From: Synechococcales cyanobacterium VAR_4_metabat_354
GTDB taxonomy: Bacteria > Cyanobacteriota > Cyanobacteriia > Cyanobacteriales > Chamaesiphonaceae
Direction of reading: 5' to 3'
Assembly (NCBI GenBank): GCA_031414775.1
Contig: JANOQI010000036.1
Location: forward strand, 1-64,000
DNA length: 64,000 nt
The notes beneath the pieces were generated by a model, which was not told the origin of the DNA, ran no database searches, and saw nothing but the letters and a program-made list of their open reading frames with translations. Position numbers and translations under genes: made by a program. This document shows positions 40,358 to 51,100 of this stretch, in pieces. Position 1 is the stretch's first letter; the number at the start of each line of letters is the position of its first letter.

Positions 40358-41479
40358 TTAGTTAATATTGATAGTTAGTTCCAAGTCGCAAGACTGATGG
40401 GGATAATTTAAACGAATACGTTTGCCTGTCAAGATTTGACGTTGAGTGACTTCGCTATTTCGGTAATGAATTGGTAGCTCACCACTTGGCTCTAAGAACA
40501 ACTTATTGCCCTCTCGCCGCAGATAGCCTCGAACATCTTGCCCCCGACATTCGATATCGCTGCCAATGCCCAGCCTTTGCTTATGGCGGAGATAACAAAT
40601 CTGTGGCTCAGAATCATCACCACCCGCAATTGTTAGCTTCCAGGCTTGCTGGAGACTGCGCCAATGTCTAAACGACAAAATGCCAATAGCTAGTGTTGTT
40701 AATATTCCCAGCGAACTTAGTAAAATGGGCAGCCAAAGCTGTTGGAATAAATAACCATTCACTAAACAAGTTTCTTTCCCACCGGGAGCCGGAGTACAAA
40801 ACTCCTGCACTGTTGGCGGAATATCCACAATGCTCAAGTTGTAATTACTGATTTTTTGCGATCGTAATTTTAATGGCAGCGCATTGAGCCATTCTTGCCG
40901 CTCCTTACTAGCCACAGAGTTTTGCTGGCGAAACGGACTATTTGCTGGCGTTTCGACCCAAGTCTGTGACTTAATTCCTGGCTTGGTTAATAACGGCGCA
41001 TCCGTCAACCAAACGACCGATTGAGTTCTTATCCCTTGATTGGCCGTGAGCCGACACTGATTTAATTGAGCTAAATTCTTGTAGATGCTACTTTCAGCTT
41101 GCTGAATATCAGCATTTTGTTGGCCAGAGCGAGATGTCAGCGGCAGTGTTTGCAGAATTCGATCGACATCCTCCGGCTTTCCCTGAAAACGAATACCAGC
41201 AGTAAAAGGATCTACCTGTGGCTGAAGTGGATTCACCTGAGAAGCAAAAGGCACAACATAAACAGAGTCACCTTTCTGCAAACTGTCTTGGATGATTTGT
41301 TTCAGACGCAAACGCCCTTCATCATTCAAACCGACACTTTCAGTTAGATCGATCGCCAGCACCACATCACGACCTTGACCGACAGAAGCTAGCTGAAGAC
41401 CATTTTTTTGCAAGTCAGAGAGTTTTTGCTGGCTAGGGGCAACTTTTTGGCAACTTACTTGCACAAGAGAAATGCTCAT
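40358..41479 (-). CDS. vWA-domain membrane protein with C-terminal TM and small beta-rich domain
   Basis: DVVLAIDLTESV (MIDAS-like), VVPFAS, VVWLTD; TM LWLPILLSSLGILTTLAIGILSF. Confidence 0.78.
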   Translation of the reverse strand: MSISLVQVSCQKVAPSQQKLSDLQKNGLQLASVGQGRDVVLAIDLTESVGLNDEGRLRLKQIIQDSLQKGDSVYVVPFASQVNPLQPQVDPFTAGIRFQGKPEDVDRILQTLPLTSRSGQQNADIQQAESSIYKNLAQLNQCRLTANQGIRTQSVVWLTDAPLLTKPGIKSQTWVETPANSPFRQQNSVASKERQEWLNALPLKLRSQKISNYNLSIVDIPPTVQEFCTPAPGGKETCLVNGYLFQQLWLPILLSSLGILTTLAIGILSFRHWRSLQQAWKLTIAGGDDSEPQICYLRHKQRLGIGSDIECRGQDVRGYLRREGNKLFLEPSGELPIHYRNSEVTQRQILTGKRIRLNYPHQSCDLELTININ

Positions 41480-41510
41480 AAGGAGAGAACAATTCTAGAA
41501 TGCCCATAAT

Positions 41511-41861
41511 TTAGGTGATCGGTTTCACACCATCTTCAAATATTTTATCAGCTTCAGATAGAGTACTTTCTAGATTACGTGCACCATGGAGAACGCGAAT
41601 AATGTCGATCGTATCTTCAGTGAGTTCATAGAGAACCAGGTAGTTCGGGAATCCTTTGACGGTGTATTGACGAACTTGGACAACTTCTGGATTCGTAAAT
41701 CCGCTAAATCTGCCAATTCCAGGAGATTTGGCAATAAGTTGGAATGTGGCTTCGGCAGCATAGATAAAGCGATCTCCTACATCTAGGTTTTCATGGCTGA
41801 TGTAGGTGGAAATATCGATCAGGTCTTGAATGACGATCGGGCGCTTGACCAGTTGTGGCAT
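41511..41861 (-). CDS. parE: ParE/RelE-family toxin
   Basis: DLIDI..YI, PGIGR, YLVLY, IIRVLHGARNL. Confidence 0.85.
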   Translation of the reverse strand: MPQLVKRPIVIQDLIDISTYISHENLDVGDRFIYAAEATFQLIAKSPGIGRFSGFTNPEVVQVRQYTVKGFPNYLVLYELTEDTIDIIRVLHGARNLESTLSEADKIFEDGVKPIT

Positions 41862-41863
41862 GG

Positions 41864-42112
41864 TTATTTGCCTTGGCTGATATTTTGGCGTATGGTAGCA
41901 CGGATGTGCGACCAGTCATCTAGGGTTATGGGAGTGGCAGAGCCAGATTGAACACCTTCAAGAGCGAGGGTTTCAAGGCTGGCTTGGCGAGTCTGATCTT
42001 CTTTGATAAGGGCTTGAATATATTCGCTGGCAGTGGCAAAGTGACCAGAGTCTATTTGGGTTTGGAGATAAGTGGTGACTTCTTCGGGGAGGTTGATGGG
42101 GAGGGTATTCAT
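41864..42112 (-). CDS. parD: ParD-family RHH antitoxin
   Basis: INLPEE..IDSGHFATASEYIQALI..LEGVQSG. Confidence 0.82.
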   Translation of the reverse strand: MNTLPINLPEEVTTYLQTQIDSGHFATASEYIQALIKEDQTRQASLETLALEGVQSGSATPITLDDWSHIRATIRQNISQGK

Positions 42113-42315
42113 GGCGATTTAAAAATTGTGGATGGTTTAGTATTTCAAAAGATGAGGGAGTGGGTGGGTCATCCTTAATTTTAAGCCTTGCCGAGTCTAG
42201 CTGCCTGCATTACTAGAGAGGAATTTTCCCATCAGCCAGTCCACCGTGCGTTTACCCCAAGAGAATGTCAAAATAGACTAACCGGTAAACTTAAAAACAA
42301 CCGAACTTAATATCC

Positions 42316-45300
42316 ATGACAATTTCTACCAAAAGTCCTTTTCACGAGCGGCTTTACCATCCCGATCGACCGATCCTCGTCCTAGATGGAGCGATGGGCA
42401 GTAACTTACAACTCCAAGATCTTACCGCTGAGGACTTTGGCGGGGCGCTTTATGAAGGCTGTAACGAATACCTCGTTTATACCAAGCCCGAAGCTGTAGC
42501 GAAGGTGCATCGGGACTTTTTGGCTGCTGGCGCTGACGTAATTGAAACTAATACCTTTGGCGGTACTCATTTAACCTTGGCCGAGTACGAACTAGCCGAT
42601 CGAGCTTATGAACTCAACAAAACTGCGGCGGAACTAGCCAAAAAAGTTACCGCCGAATTCTCCACGCCCGAAAAACCGCGCTTCGTGGCCGGTTCCATGG
42701 GTCCTGGGACTAAATTGCCTTCGATCGGACATATTGGTTACGACGAATTGGAATCAGCATACGCCGAACAGGCTAGGGGCCTGTTGGACGGCGGTGTCGA
42801 TTTATTTTTAGTCGAAACCTGTATGGACGTACTCCAAATCAAAGCCGCGCTCAACGGCATTGAAACTGTCTTTCAGGAAAGAAATGTCCGGTTACCCTTA
42901 ATGGTATCGGTCACCTTTGAACAGCAGGGGACGATGTTGGCTGGTTCTGACATCAGTGCTGTCGTGACGACATTAGAGCCTTATAAGATTGATATTTTGG
43001 GTCTAAACTGCGCCACCGGACCCGACTTGATGTCGCCCCACATTCGGTATTTGTGTGATCATTCTCCCTTTGTGGTGTCTTGTGTACCGAATGCTGGTTT
43101 GCCCGAAAATGTTGGCGGCCATGCCCACTACAAACTGACTCCGATCGAACTCAAAATGTCGGTAATGCGGTTTGTGGAAGACTGGGGTGTACAGGTGATT
43201 GGTGGCTGTTGTGGTACCAGTCCAGCGCACATTCAAAAATTGGCGGAGTTAGCATCGGAGTTGCAACCCAAAAAACGAGAACCAGTCTATGAACCAGCGG
43301 CTTCGTCGTTAATGACTACTCAAAACTACTTCCAAGAAAATTCTTTCTTGATTGTGGGCGAACGACTCAATGCTAGTGGCTCTAAAAAATGTCGTGATCT
43401 ACTCAACGCCGAAGATTGGGATGGCTTAGTATCTTTGGCTAGAGCGCAGGTCAAGGAAGGTGCCCAGATCCTCGATATCAACGTTGATTATGTGGGACGC
43501 GATGGCGTGCATGATATGCACCAAGTTGTTTCTCGCGTAGTTAATAGCGTTAACTTGCCCCTAATGCTCGACTCTACGGAGTGGGAGAAAATGGAAGCTG
43601 GCCTGAAAGTAGCTGGTGGCAAATGCTTGATCAATTCCACTAACTTTGAAGATGGCGAAGAACGTTTCTTCAAGGTCTTGTCCTTAGCCCGCAAATATGG
43701 GGCGGGGGTCGTGATCGGCACCATCGATGAAGAAGGGATGGCCAGAACCGCCCAGAAGAAATTTGAAATTGCCCAACGGGCTTACCGAGCGGCAGTGGAA
43801 TACGGGATTCCCGGTCGGGAGATCTTCTTTGATACTTTGGCCTTGCCGATTTCTACCGGGATTGAAGAGGATCGCGCTAATGGGCGGGCGACGATCGAAT
43901 CCATTAAGATGATTCGGGAAAATCTGCCAGATTGCCATGTGATTCTGGGGGTTTCTAATATCTCCTTTGGTTTGAATGCGGCGGCGCGGCAGGTGTTGAA
44001 CTCAATGTTCTTGCATGAAGCCATGACTGCGGGTATGGACGCGGCGATCGTCAGTGCCAACAAAATTCTACCGATGGCTAAGATTAGCCCCGAACACCAA
44101 AAGGTCTGTCGGGATTTGATCTTCGATCGACGCGAATTCACTGATGGTTTGTGTTCCTACGATCCTCTCGGGGAGCTGACTACCATCTTTACGGGGGCGA
44201 CGCTCAAGAAAACCAAGGAAGAAAGTGACAAGCTGCCGATCGATGAACGGTTGAAGAACCACATCATTGATGGCGAGCGGCTGGGATTGGAAGACAATCT
44301 GAAGCAAGCGATGGAAAACTATCCGCCGCTGACAATCATTAATAGTTTCTTGCTAGATGGCATGAAAGTCGTCGGCGAGTTATTTGGTTCCGGCCAGATG
44401 CAGCTACCTTTCGTGTTGCAGTCTGCTGAAACCATGAAAGCGGCAGTGGCCTTCTTGGAACCCTTTATGGAGAAATCCGAATCTGGGAATAACTCCAAGG
44501 GCACTTTCTTAATCGCTACCGTCAAGGGCGATGTGCACGACATCGGCAAAAACTTAGTGGATATCATCTTGACCAACAATGGTTACGAGGTGATTAACTT
44601 GGGAATTAAACAGCCGATCGAGAAAATCCTGGAAGCTTACCATAAACAGCCAGTAGACTGTATCGCCATGAGCGGCTTGTTGGTGAAATCCACGGCTTTC
44701 ATGAAAGACAACTTAGAAGCCTTTAATCAAAATGGCATCACAGTGCCGGTAATTCTAGGTGGTGCGGCGCTGACACCGAAGTTTGTCTATAAAGACTGTC
44801 AAGAGGTCTACCAGGGCAAGGTGGTCTATGGCAAAGATGCCTTTGCTGACTTGAACTTTATGGATAAGTTGATGCCTGCCAAGGTGGCTAGTAATTGGGA
44901 TGACCATCATGGCTTCTTAGATGAGGTGGGGACGGACGCAGCAGCGGCATTTACAGAAGAAGCTGTAACTACAGTTGCTAAAGATAAAGAACCCGTGGTG
45001 ATCGACACCGTTCGATCGGAAGCCGTATCATTGGAGATCGATCGACCGACACCACCATTTTGGGGTACCAAAATCCTCAAAGATGAGATAGTCCTCGCAG
45101 ATCTATTTTGGCACATGGATTTACAAGCTCTAATCGCTGGACAATGGCAATTCCGTAAACCCAAAGACCAAACTCGCGAAGAATACGACGCATTCCTCGC
45201 CGCTAAAGTCCACCCGATCCTGGAAGAGTGGAAAGCCAAAATCCTCACCGGAGCATGGCTCGAACCCCAACTCATCTACGGCTACTTCCCCTGTACCGCC

Positions 45301-45867
45301 GAAGGAAACTCCGTCCACGTCTACGATCCCAGCGTCATCGAGCAAGGCTTAACCCCCCACACAGCGACCCCCGTAGTCACCTGGACATTCCCCCGCCAAA
45401 AATCCCTGCGTCGTCTCTGTCTGGCTGATTTCTTCCGCCCCCTGTCAGAGAACAAATTCGACGTATTCCCGATGCAAGCCGTAACGATGGGCGAAGTCGC
45501 CAGCGAGCAGGCCCAAGTGTTATTCAAAGCCGATAACTATGCCAACTATCTCTACTTCCACGGGATGGCTGTCCAAATGGCTGAAGGTTTAGCCGAATGG
45601 GGACATGCCCGCATCCGCAAGGAGTTGGGTTATGGCGATTTAGAGCCAGATAATATTCGCGATATGTTGGCGCAACGCTATCAAGGTTCGCGCTATAGTT
45701 TCGGCTATCCAGCTTGTCCGAATGTAGCGGATCAGTTGCAGCAGTTGAAAATCATGAGTACGGAGCGGATGGGGATGACGATGGATGAGAGCGAGCAGCT
45801 ATATCCTGAGCAGTCTACTACTGCGTTGATTGTCTATCATCCTGTGGCTAAGTACTTTAGTGCTTAG
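42316..45867 (+). CDS. metH: Cobalamin-dependent methionine synthase
   Basis: [31 protein letters not shown]. Confidence 0.97.
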   Translation: MTISTKSPFHERLYHPDRPILVLDGAMGSNLQLQDLTAEDFGGALYEGCNEYLVYTKPEAVAKVHRDFLAAGADVIETNTFGGTHLTLAEYELADRAYELNKTAAELAKKVTAEFSTPEKPRFVAGSMGPGTKLPSIGHIGYDELESAYAEQARGLLDGGVDLFLVETCMDVLQIKAALNGIETVFQERNVRLPLMVSVTFEQQGTMLAGSDISAVVTTLEPYKIDILGLNCATGPDLMSPHIRYLCDHSPFVVSCVPNAGLPENVGGHAHYKLTPIELKMSVMRFVEDWGVQVIGGCCGTSPAHIQKLAELASELQPKKREPVYEPAASSLMTTQNYFQENSFLIVGERLNASGSKKCRDLLNAEDWDGLVSLARAQVKEGAQILDINVDYVGRDGVHDMHQVVSRVVNSVNLPLMLDSTEWEKMEAGLKVAGGKCLINSTNFEDGEERFFKVLSLARKYGAGVVIGTIDEEGMARTAQKKFEIAQRAYRAAVEYGIPGREIFFDTLALPISTGIEEDRANGRATIESIKMIRENLPDCHVILGVSNISFGLNAAARQVLNSMFLHEAMTAGMDAAIVSANKILPMAKISPEHQKVCRDLIFDRREFTDGLCSYDPLGELTTIFTGATLKKTKEESDKLPIDERLKNHIIDGERLGLEDNLKQAMENYPPLTIINSFLLDGMKVVGELFGSGQMQLPFVLQSAETMKAAVAFLEPFMEKSESGNNSKGTFLIATVKGDVHDIGKNLVDIILTNNGYEVINLGIKQPIEKILEAYHKQPVDCIAMSGLLVKSTAFMKDNLEAFNQNGITVPVILGGAALTPKFVYKDCQEVYQGKVVYGKDAFADLNFMDKLMPAKVASNWDDHHGFLDEVGTDAAAAFTEEAVTTVAKDKEPVVIDTVRSEAVSLEIDRPTPPFWGTKILKDEIVLADLFWHMDLQALIAGQWQFRKPKDQTREEYDAFLAAKVHPILEEWKAKILTGAWLEPQLIYGYFPCTAEGNSVHVYDPSVIEQGLTPHTATPVVTWTFPRQKSLRRLCLADFFRPLSENKFDVFPMQAVTMGEVASEQAQVLFKADNYANYLYFHGMAVQMAEGLAEWGHARIRKELGYGDLEPDNIRDMLAQRYQGSRYSFGYPACPNVADQLQQLKIMSTERMGMTMDESEQLYPEQSTTALIVYHPVAKYFSA

Positions 45868-45988
45868 GATTGGTTAGGGCAAGGAAAAAATCAGGATATA
45901 TAATCTCGATTATCGCCTTGAAGTGTAGATGGGGACAATGCCCATCTACATCTACCGTTGTACTTCTGAAAGAAATTACCTGACTAAA

Positions 45989-46330
45989 ATGCAAATTGTC
46001 AATCGATCAAACACAGAACATTACTTGTGGGGCGTTGGTTGTGATGGCTGGCATCTTTTAAACAGAGACGAGATTAGCATCATCACAGAACGAGTTCCCG
46101 CAGGTGCTAGCGAACAACGTCATTTTCATGTTAATTCGCGACAATTCTTCTATATATTAACAGGTGAAGCTGTGATCGAAGTTGATGAAACCAGACATAT
46201 GTTGCAAGCACAACAAGGGCTAGAAATACCTCCTGGCGTAATTCATCAATTCTGTAATGAATCGAGTTATGAAGTTACATTCTTAGTAATATCATCTCCG
46301 AAATCTCATGGCGATCGAGTCCTTTTATAA
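45989..46330 (+). CDS. Cupin-domain protein
   Basis: EHYLWG..CDGWHL, HFH..SRQFFYIL.G, IPPGVIH. Confidence 0.82.
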   Translation: MQIVNRSNTEHYLWGVGCDGWHLLNRDEISIITERVPAGASEQRHFHVNSRQFFYILTGEAVIEVDETRHMLQAQQGLEIPPGVIHQFCNESSYEVTFLVISSPKSHGDRVLL

Positions 46331-46455
46331 TCTAATCATAGTAGCCCACCAATTCTAACAATCGAGTTATCGATCGATTATGCCCAATTGTTCGATCAAT
46401 ATTGACACTCGATCGACTCTGATGTTGCCGATGGTATGCCTCGCGATCGATTTAG

Positions 46456-46608
46456 TGGTGGTGGGATCGATCGTTATTTAGATTCGATCGGGTGGTAGGC
46501 TCGATCGTGTTTGGGGTGATGTTCGATCGATATTGATGGTGGTGGGATCGATCGTTATTTAGATTCGATCGGGTGTTGGTAGGCTCGATCGTGTTTGGGG
46601 GATGTGCG
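46456..46608. repeat. Tandem ~81-bp GT-rich repeat punctuated by CGATCG (2 copies)
   Basis: TGGTGGTGGGATCGATCGTTATTTAGATTCGATCGGGT..GGTAGGCTCGATCGTGTTTGGGG at 46456 and 46537. Confidence 0.9.
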
Positions 46609-46611
46609 TAA

Positions 46612-47211
46612 CTATGCCCAAATCGAACTCAAATCCAGTGTGAATCCAGGCAAAACATCCTCACCACTCAGCGTCAAAGGATTTGCCAGTACCTCTACAT
46701 CACAATCTAGTCGATAGATTTCAACCTGACGATCTCGCGGATTTATCAACCAACCCATCCGCACGCCATTATCTCGATATTCCACCATTTTTGCTTGTAG
46801 CGGCGGCAATCGATCAGTTTCAGATCGCAACTCAATTACAAAATCTGGAACAAGTAAGGCAAATTTCTTTCGTTCCTCCTTACTTACAGCTTCCCACCGC
46901 GAGAGTTCTACCCAAGCTGCATCAGGGGATCTTTTACTACCATTCGGCAACGTAAATACAGTCGAAGAGCTAAAAGTCTTACCTAATCGCGTTTGACGGT
47001 TCCAAATGCCTAAATCTATGCCCAATTCAGATTCATAATTACCACTTTCTACGCCTACTGGTGGCATGACAACTAAAACTCCTTGGGCAGTTAACTCAAA
47101 CGATCGATCGGGATTTGCTTCACACACACGCTCGTACTGTTCGGCAGTAAATTTAACCGTACTGAGATCTACTGAAAGAGGATCTAATTCGGCAATCGCA
47201 ACGTTGGTCAT
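46612..47211 (-). CDS. Uma2-family (DUF820) protein
   Basis: RSPDAAWV, PDFVIELRS, EYRDNGVRMGWLINP. Confidence 0.92.
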   Translation of the reverse strand: MTNVAIAELDPLSVDLSTVKFTAEQYERVCEANPDRSFELTAQGVLVVMPPVGVESGNYESELGIDLGIWNRQTRLGKTFSSSTVFTLPNGSKRSPDAAWVELSRWEAVSKEERKKFALLVPDFVIELRSETDRLPPLQAKMVEYRDNGVRMGWLINPRDRQVEIYRLDCDVEVLANPLTLSGEDVLPGFTLDLSSIWA

Positions 47212-47247
47212 AAAACCTCCAACTACTTATCCTGCAAATATTATAGC

Positions 47248-47370
47248 CGATCGCGTTTGGGGTGATGTGCGATTGCCGAAGGCACGCTACGCGAACGATT
47301 TTGATGGTGGTGGTGGGATTCGATCGATTTGGTGATGGTGGGATCGATCGGGTATTGGCAGGCTCGATTA
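47248..47370. repeat. Degenerate, reshuffled copy of the CGATCG-punctuated repeat, containing a short hairpin insert
   Basis: CGATCGCGTTTGGGGTGATGTGCGAT, TGATGGTGGTGG.., GATCGATCGGGTATTGGCAGGCTCGAT match modules at 46456-46608. Confidence 0.8.
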
Positions 47371-47415
47371 AATGTTGGATATAATGTTACTAGAGCTAGG
47401 AAGAATGAATAAATC

Positions 47416-47640
47416 ATGCCAGAGCAGTTAGAAGAACGCATCACCTTATTAGAAGCTGAAGTCGATCGGCTAAGACATAAAATCGATTCAAATCCAGCCG
47501 CTTTACCTTGGTGGGAAACAATAGCTGGTACCTTTGCTGAAAATTCTGCTTATGATGAAGCAATGAAATTAGGGCGTGAGTATCGAGAATCCGATCATGT
47601 AGCTGCTGTAGATGCAATAGATGAAAAATGTATATCTTAG
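47416..47640 (+). CDS. Putative antitoxin upstream of PIN gene
   Basis: LEERITLLEAEV..PWWETIAGTF..YDEAMKLGREYR; overlaps the PIN start. Confidence 0.7.
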   Translation: MPEQLEERITLLEAEVDRLRHKIDSNPAALPWWETIAGTFAENSAYDEAMKLGREYRESDHVAAVDAIDEKCIS

Positions 47641-48068
47641 ATACAGACCATCTTAGCGTTTTAGAGCGTAAAGAAGCTAATGCACAACCTCTTTTACAAC
47701 GACTCAGCGAGATCGATCCAGCTCAGATTTCAACAACTATCATTAGCGATGAAGAGTAAATGCGTGGATGGTTGAGCTATATCGCCAAAGCACAGAAAGA
47801 TGATAAGCAAGTCGAAGCCTATAAACAACTCAAGAACCAACTGATGAATTATTGTGCTATTCCAGTGATTGAATTCGATCTAGATGCAGTTAGAGAGTTC
47901 AATCGTCTTAGAAAGGTTTATCCAAGGTTAGGCACGATGGACTTAAAAATTGCAGCAACAACAATTGTCAATCGATCAATCCTACTAACAAGAAATTCAT
48001 CTGATTTTGGACAAATATCCGATTTGTCAATTGAAGACTGGACAACTCCTGTGGTAAATAAATATTGA
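47628..48068 (+). pseudogene. vapC: VapC/PIN toxin interrupted by in-frame TAA (47757-47759)
   Basis: MYILDTDHLS...TTIISDEE*MRGWL...MDLKIAA...LLTRNSSDF in one frame. Confidence 0.85.
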
Positions 48069-48121
48069 TACTCGATCGATTCTGGTCTAATGCCCGATGA
48101 TATTAATGTCGATTTCTCTAG

Positions 48122-51100
48122 TTAAGCACGATACTTCCCCCAAAACATCGCCTTAAAAACAAGTAAATAAGTAGTAACAGAAATCCGAGTCTCCAGAGTT
48201 TTAATATCTGGTCTTTCGCTATTAATTACGCCCCCTAAAGCTTGTAAAGTTGATTTTTGCGCCTGAGTTAGCCCTTTGATATTGTCAATCTTCATTCCTT
48301 CATAAAGGCGCAAAGATTGCCAGGTAGCCAGACATTTAGCAGCTTCTAAATCCCAAACCTTAATTGTTTCATCTACACTACCCGTAAAGGCAACCAGCTT
48401 AGGCAACTCCATTTCGGGTAGTTGAACGATCGCAACTTCGATCGCATAAATCAAACCACTATGACCAGTGAAAGTTTGTAAACATTGACCACTATTCACA
48501 TCCCACACTTTGAGAGTGCCATCCATTCCACCACTAATAATAAATTGATCGTCAGGACTAAACTGAGCACGGATCACCCATCCGCGATGCCCAGAGAAAG
48601 TTTGTAAACATTCTCCGGTTGCCACCAGCCAGAGTTTAATAGTACCGTCATAGCTGGTACTAATTAACCACTGACCATCAGAACTAAAAGCCACTGACCA
48701 CACACTATTAGTGTGTTCTTGAAGATTGTGATAACATTCACCAGAATTAGAATTGCACAATTTAATTGAGCCGTTAGTGTCACCACTAGCTAGCAGCTGG
48801 CCATCGGGACTAAAAGCCAAAAAAACCACTGAACTGGTGTGTTCTTGGATAGTTTGTAAACATTCACCAGTAGCAACATCCCAGATTTTTACAGTTTGGT
48901 CATAACTACCACTAGCTAACGTTTGACCATCAGGGCTAAAAGCCACTGACCAGACCCAACTGGTGTGTCCTCGGAGGGTTTGGAGACATTTACCCAATCG
49001 CCAATCAGATAACTTGATAGTGTGATCTGAACTACCACTAGCTAACAAATGTCCATTGGGACTGAATTTAACTGACCAGACACGATTGGTATGATCTTGT
49101 AAAACTTGAGTGACAGTACCACGAGCAACATCCCACACTTTGACAGTTTTATTTTCATACCCAGCAGCTAGATATCGACCATCGAAACTCAGAGACAGAG
49201 AGGAAACAGCGTCTGTATATCCGACGATCGTATTAATACAACGTCCCAGTTTTAAATTCCAAATTTTAGTAGTATGGTCATCACTACCACTGGCAAGTTG
49301 CTGACCATTAGGATGAAAGGCTACCGTCCAAATAGGACTACGATGACCCAGTAAAGTTTGTAGGCATTCGCCATTATTCAAGTCCCATAGTTTGATGGTT
49401 TGATCAAAGCTACTACTAACTAATTGCTGACCATCAGGACTAAAAGTAACTTTGCTGATCATGTTTTGGTGTCCGCTCAAGGTTCGCAAACATTCACCAG
49501 TAGCGACATCCCAAATCTTAATCAGACGATCATAACTACCGGTGGCGATCGATCGACCATTGGGATTAAAAGCCACCGAACGAATCCAATCCTCATGGGC
49601 TGTCCAAACAGCTAGGCACGATCCAGTAGCAATATCCCACAACCTTACAACGCAATCTTCGCCACCGCTCACGAGAGTACAGCCATCGGGACTGAAGGCG
49701 ATCGACCATACTCGACTGTCATGGCCAACTAGAGTCTGGATTTCAGGGTTTAACCGCCCCGGAAAAACTCGCCATAAACGAATAGTGCTGTCTTCGGAAG
49801 AACTAGCGATAGTTTCACCATCCGGGCTAAAGATAGCAGCGTTAACAGACAAAGTATGGCCAGTATATGTGCAGAGGCATTCACCCGTGAGCACATTCCA
49901 TAATTTAACCTTATAGTCATCGCCGGCACTGACTAGATATTGTCCATTGGGACTAAAATCAATTGCCCAAGCCCAATGCAAATGTCCTTGACAATAAGAA
50001 ACTTTGGCAAGGGTATCGGCATCCCAAATCTGAACATCACCCTTGGTATCACTGGTAGCTAAATACTTACCATCAGGACTAAAGGCGGTGCCGATGATAC
50101 CGCCAAAGGTTTCCGCAAAAACCGTCTGGCTAACTTGGCTACCGGTAAAATCAACATTATGCAATACAGCATCGATTAAGTAGGCTTGACGAATAGATAA
50201 ACCGGAGAAATCAAAGCCTTGGAGGTCAGTTTTCAAATGACACAATAGATTAAGCAAATTACCACAGGCATAACCAATGGTAGTTGGCGTTTGGTGTCGT
50301 AAGCTCACCAGAATTTGAGCCAGGTGCTTTTGGAGTTGCTCGATGGTGGCAAAATGAGTCAATAATTGATCGGCTAGGGGCTGCAAAATCAATTGAATTT
50401 GGGCATCCCGCAAATAATCTTGGGTTTGAGCTTCGATGAGAGCATGGGTTTTGAACAGGTTTAGGGTGCCAGTAATAACTTCGTTCTCTATCTGCCGGAT
50501 AAACCTTTCCGTGACATACTCCATAATGACCGGCTGTTGAGTGAGTCCCTGTTTGGTAGTCTCCACCAAAGACCTGTCGCGCAGTGTTTCTAATGTTTCT
50601 AATAATTGGGGCACTGGAGCTGGGGGGAATAATTCAGCTTGTAACCGTTTGGGAGTAACGCCTTCTCGATTAATGGCGAGCCAGTACATGACCTGCTGTT
50701 GCAAGATGGATAATCGATCGAACTGTTGGTCTAATAACTCCCAAAGGTGACTAAATACAGCCTTGCCTTCGGCTAAAAACTCTTGGATGTCTCCGTTAAA
50801 AAGGTTTTGAATATTGGTAGCTACCAACTTCAAAGCCAAGGGATTACCATCAACGTATTTAATGAGGTTCTCTTGGTCAGCAAGAGGAGCGGTAATGCCT
50901 TTGTCACTCAGAATACTTTGGGCATCAGCAATCGGTAGGCCAGCCAATTGTAACGACCGGACAGGAAGATTCTGTCCTTCCCGCAGAGTCATGCCGTTGG
51001 GTTTTTCTCGGCTGGTAATCACCAAACAACTCTGATGACTTTCATCACTAATTCGCTTAAAGATTTGACTATAGCCTTCGTATCCCGCCAGGGAACAACC

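Noticed and set aside
42113..42315. Cobalamin or SAM riboswitch upstream of metH
   Set aside because: No recognisable B12-box or S-box core
43003..45527. Short alternative-frame and antisense ORFs within metH (and similar ones throughout the window)
   Set aside because: Shadows of well-supported genes, without motifs
46456..46608. CRISPR array
   Set aside because: The intervening modules are themselves repeated, the recurring unit is only CGATCG, and there are no cas genes in the window
47760..48068. Independent 102-aa gene
   Set aside because: It is the 3' part of the interrupted vapC
48122..48235. Extra C-terminal tail of the WD40 protein as a new domain
   Set aside because: Looks like read-through past the usual TL.ALG end; no motif
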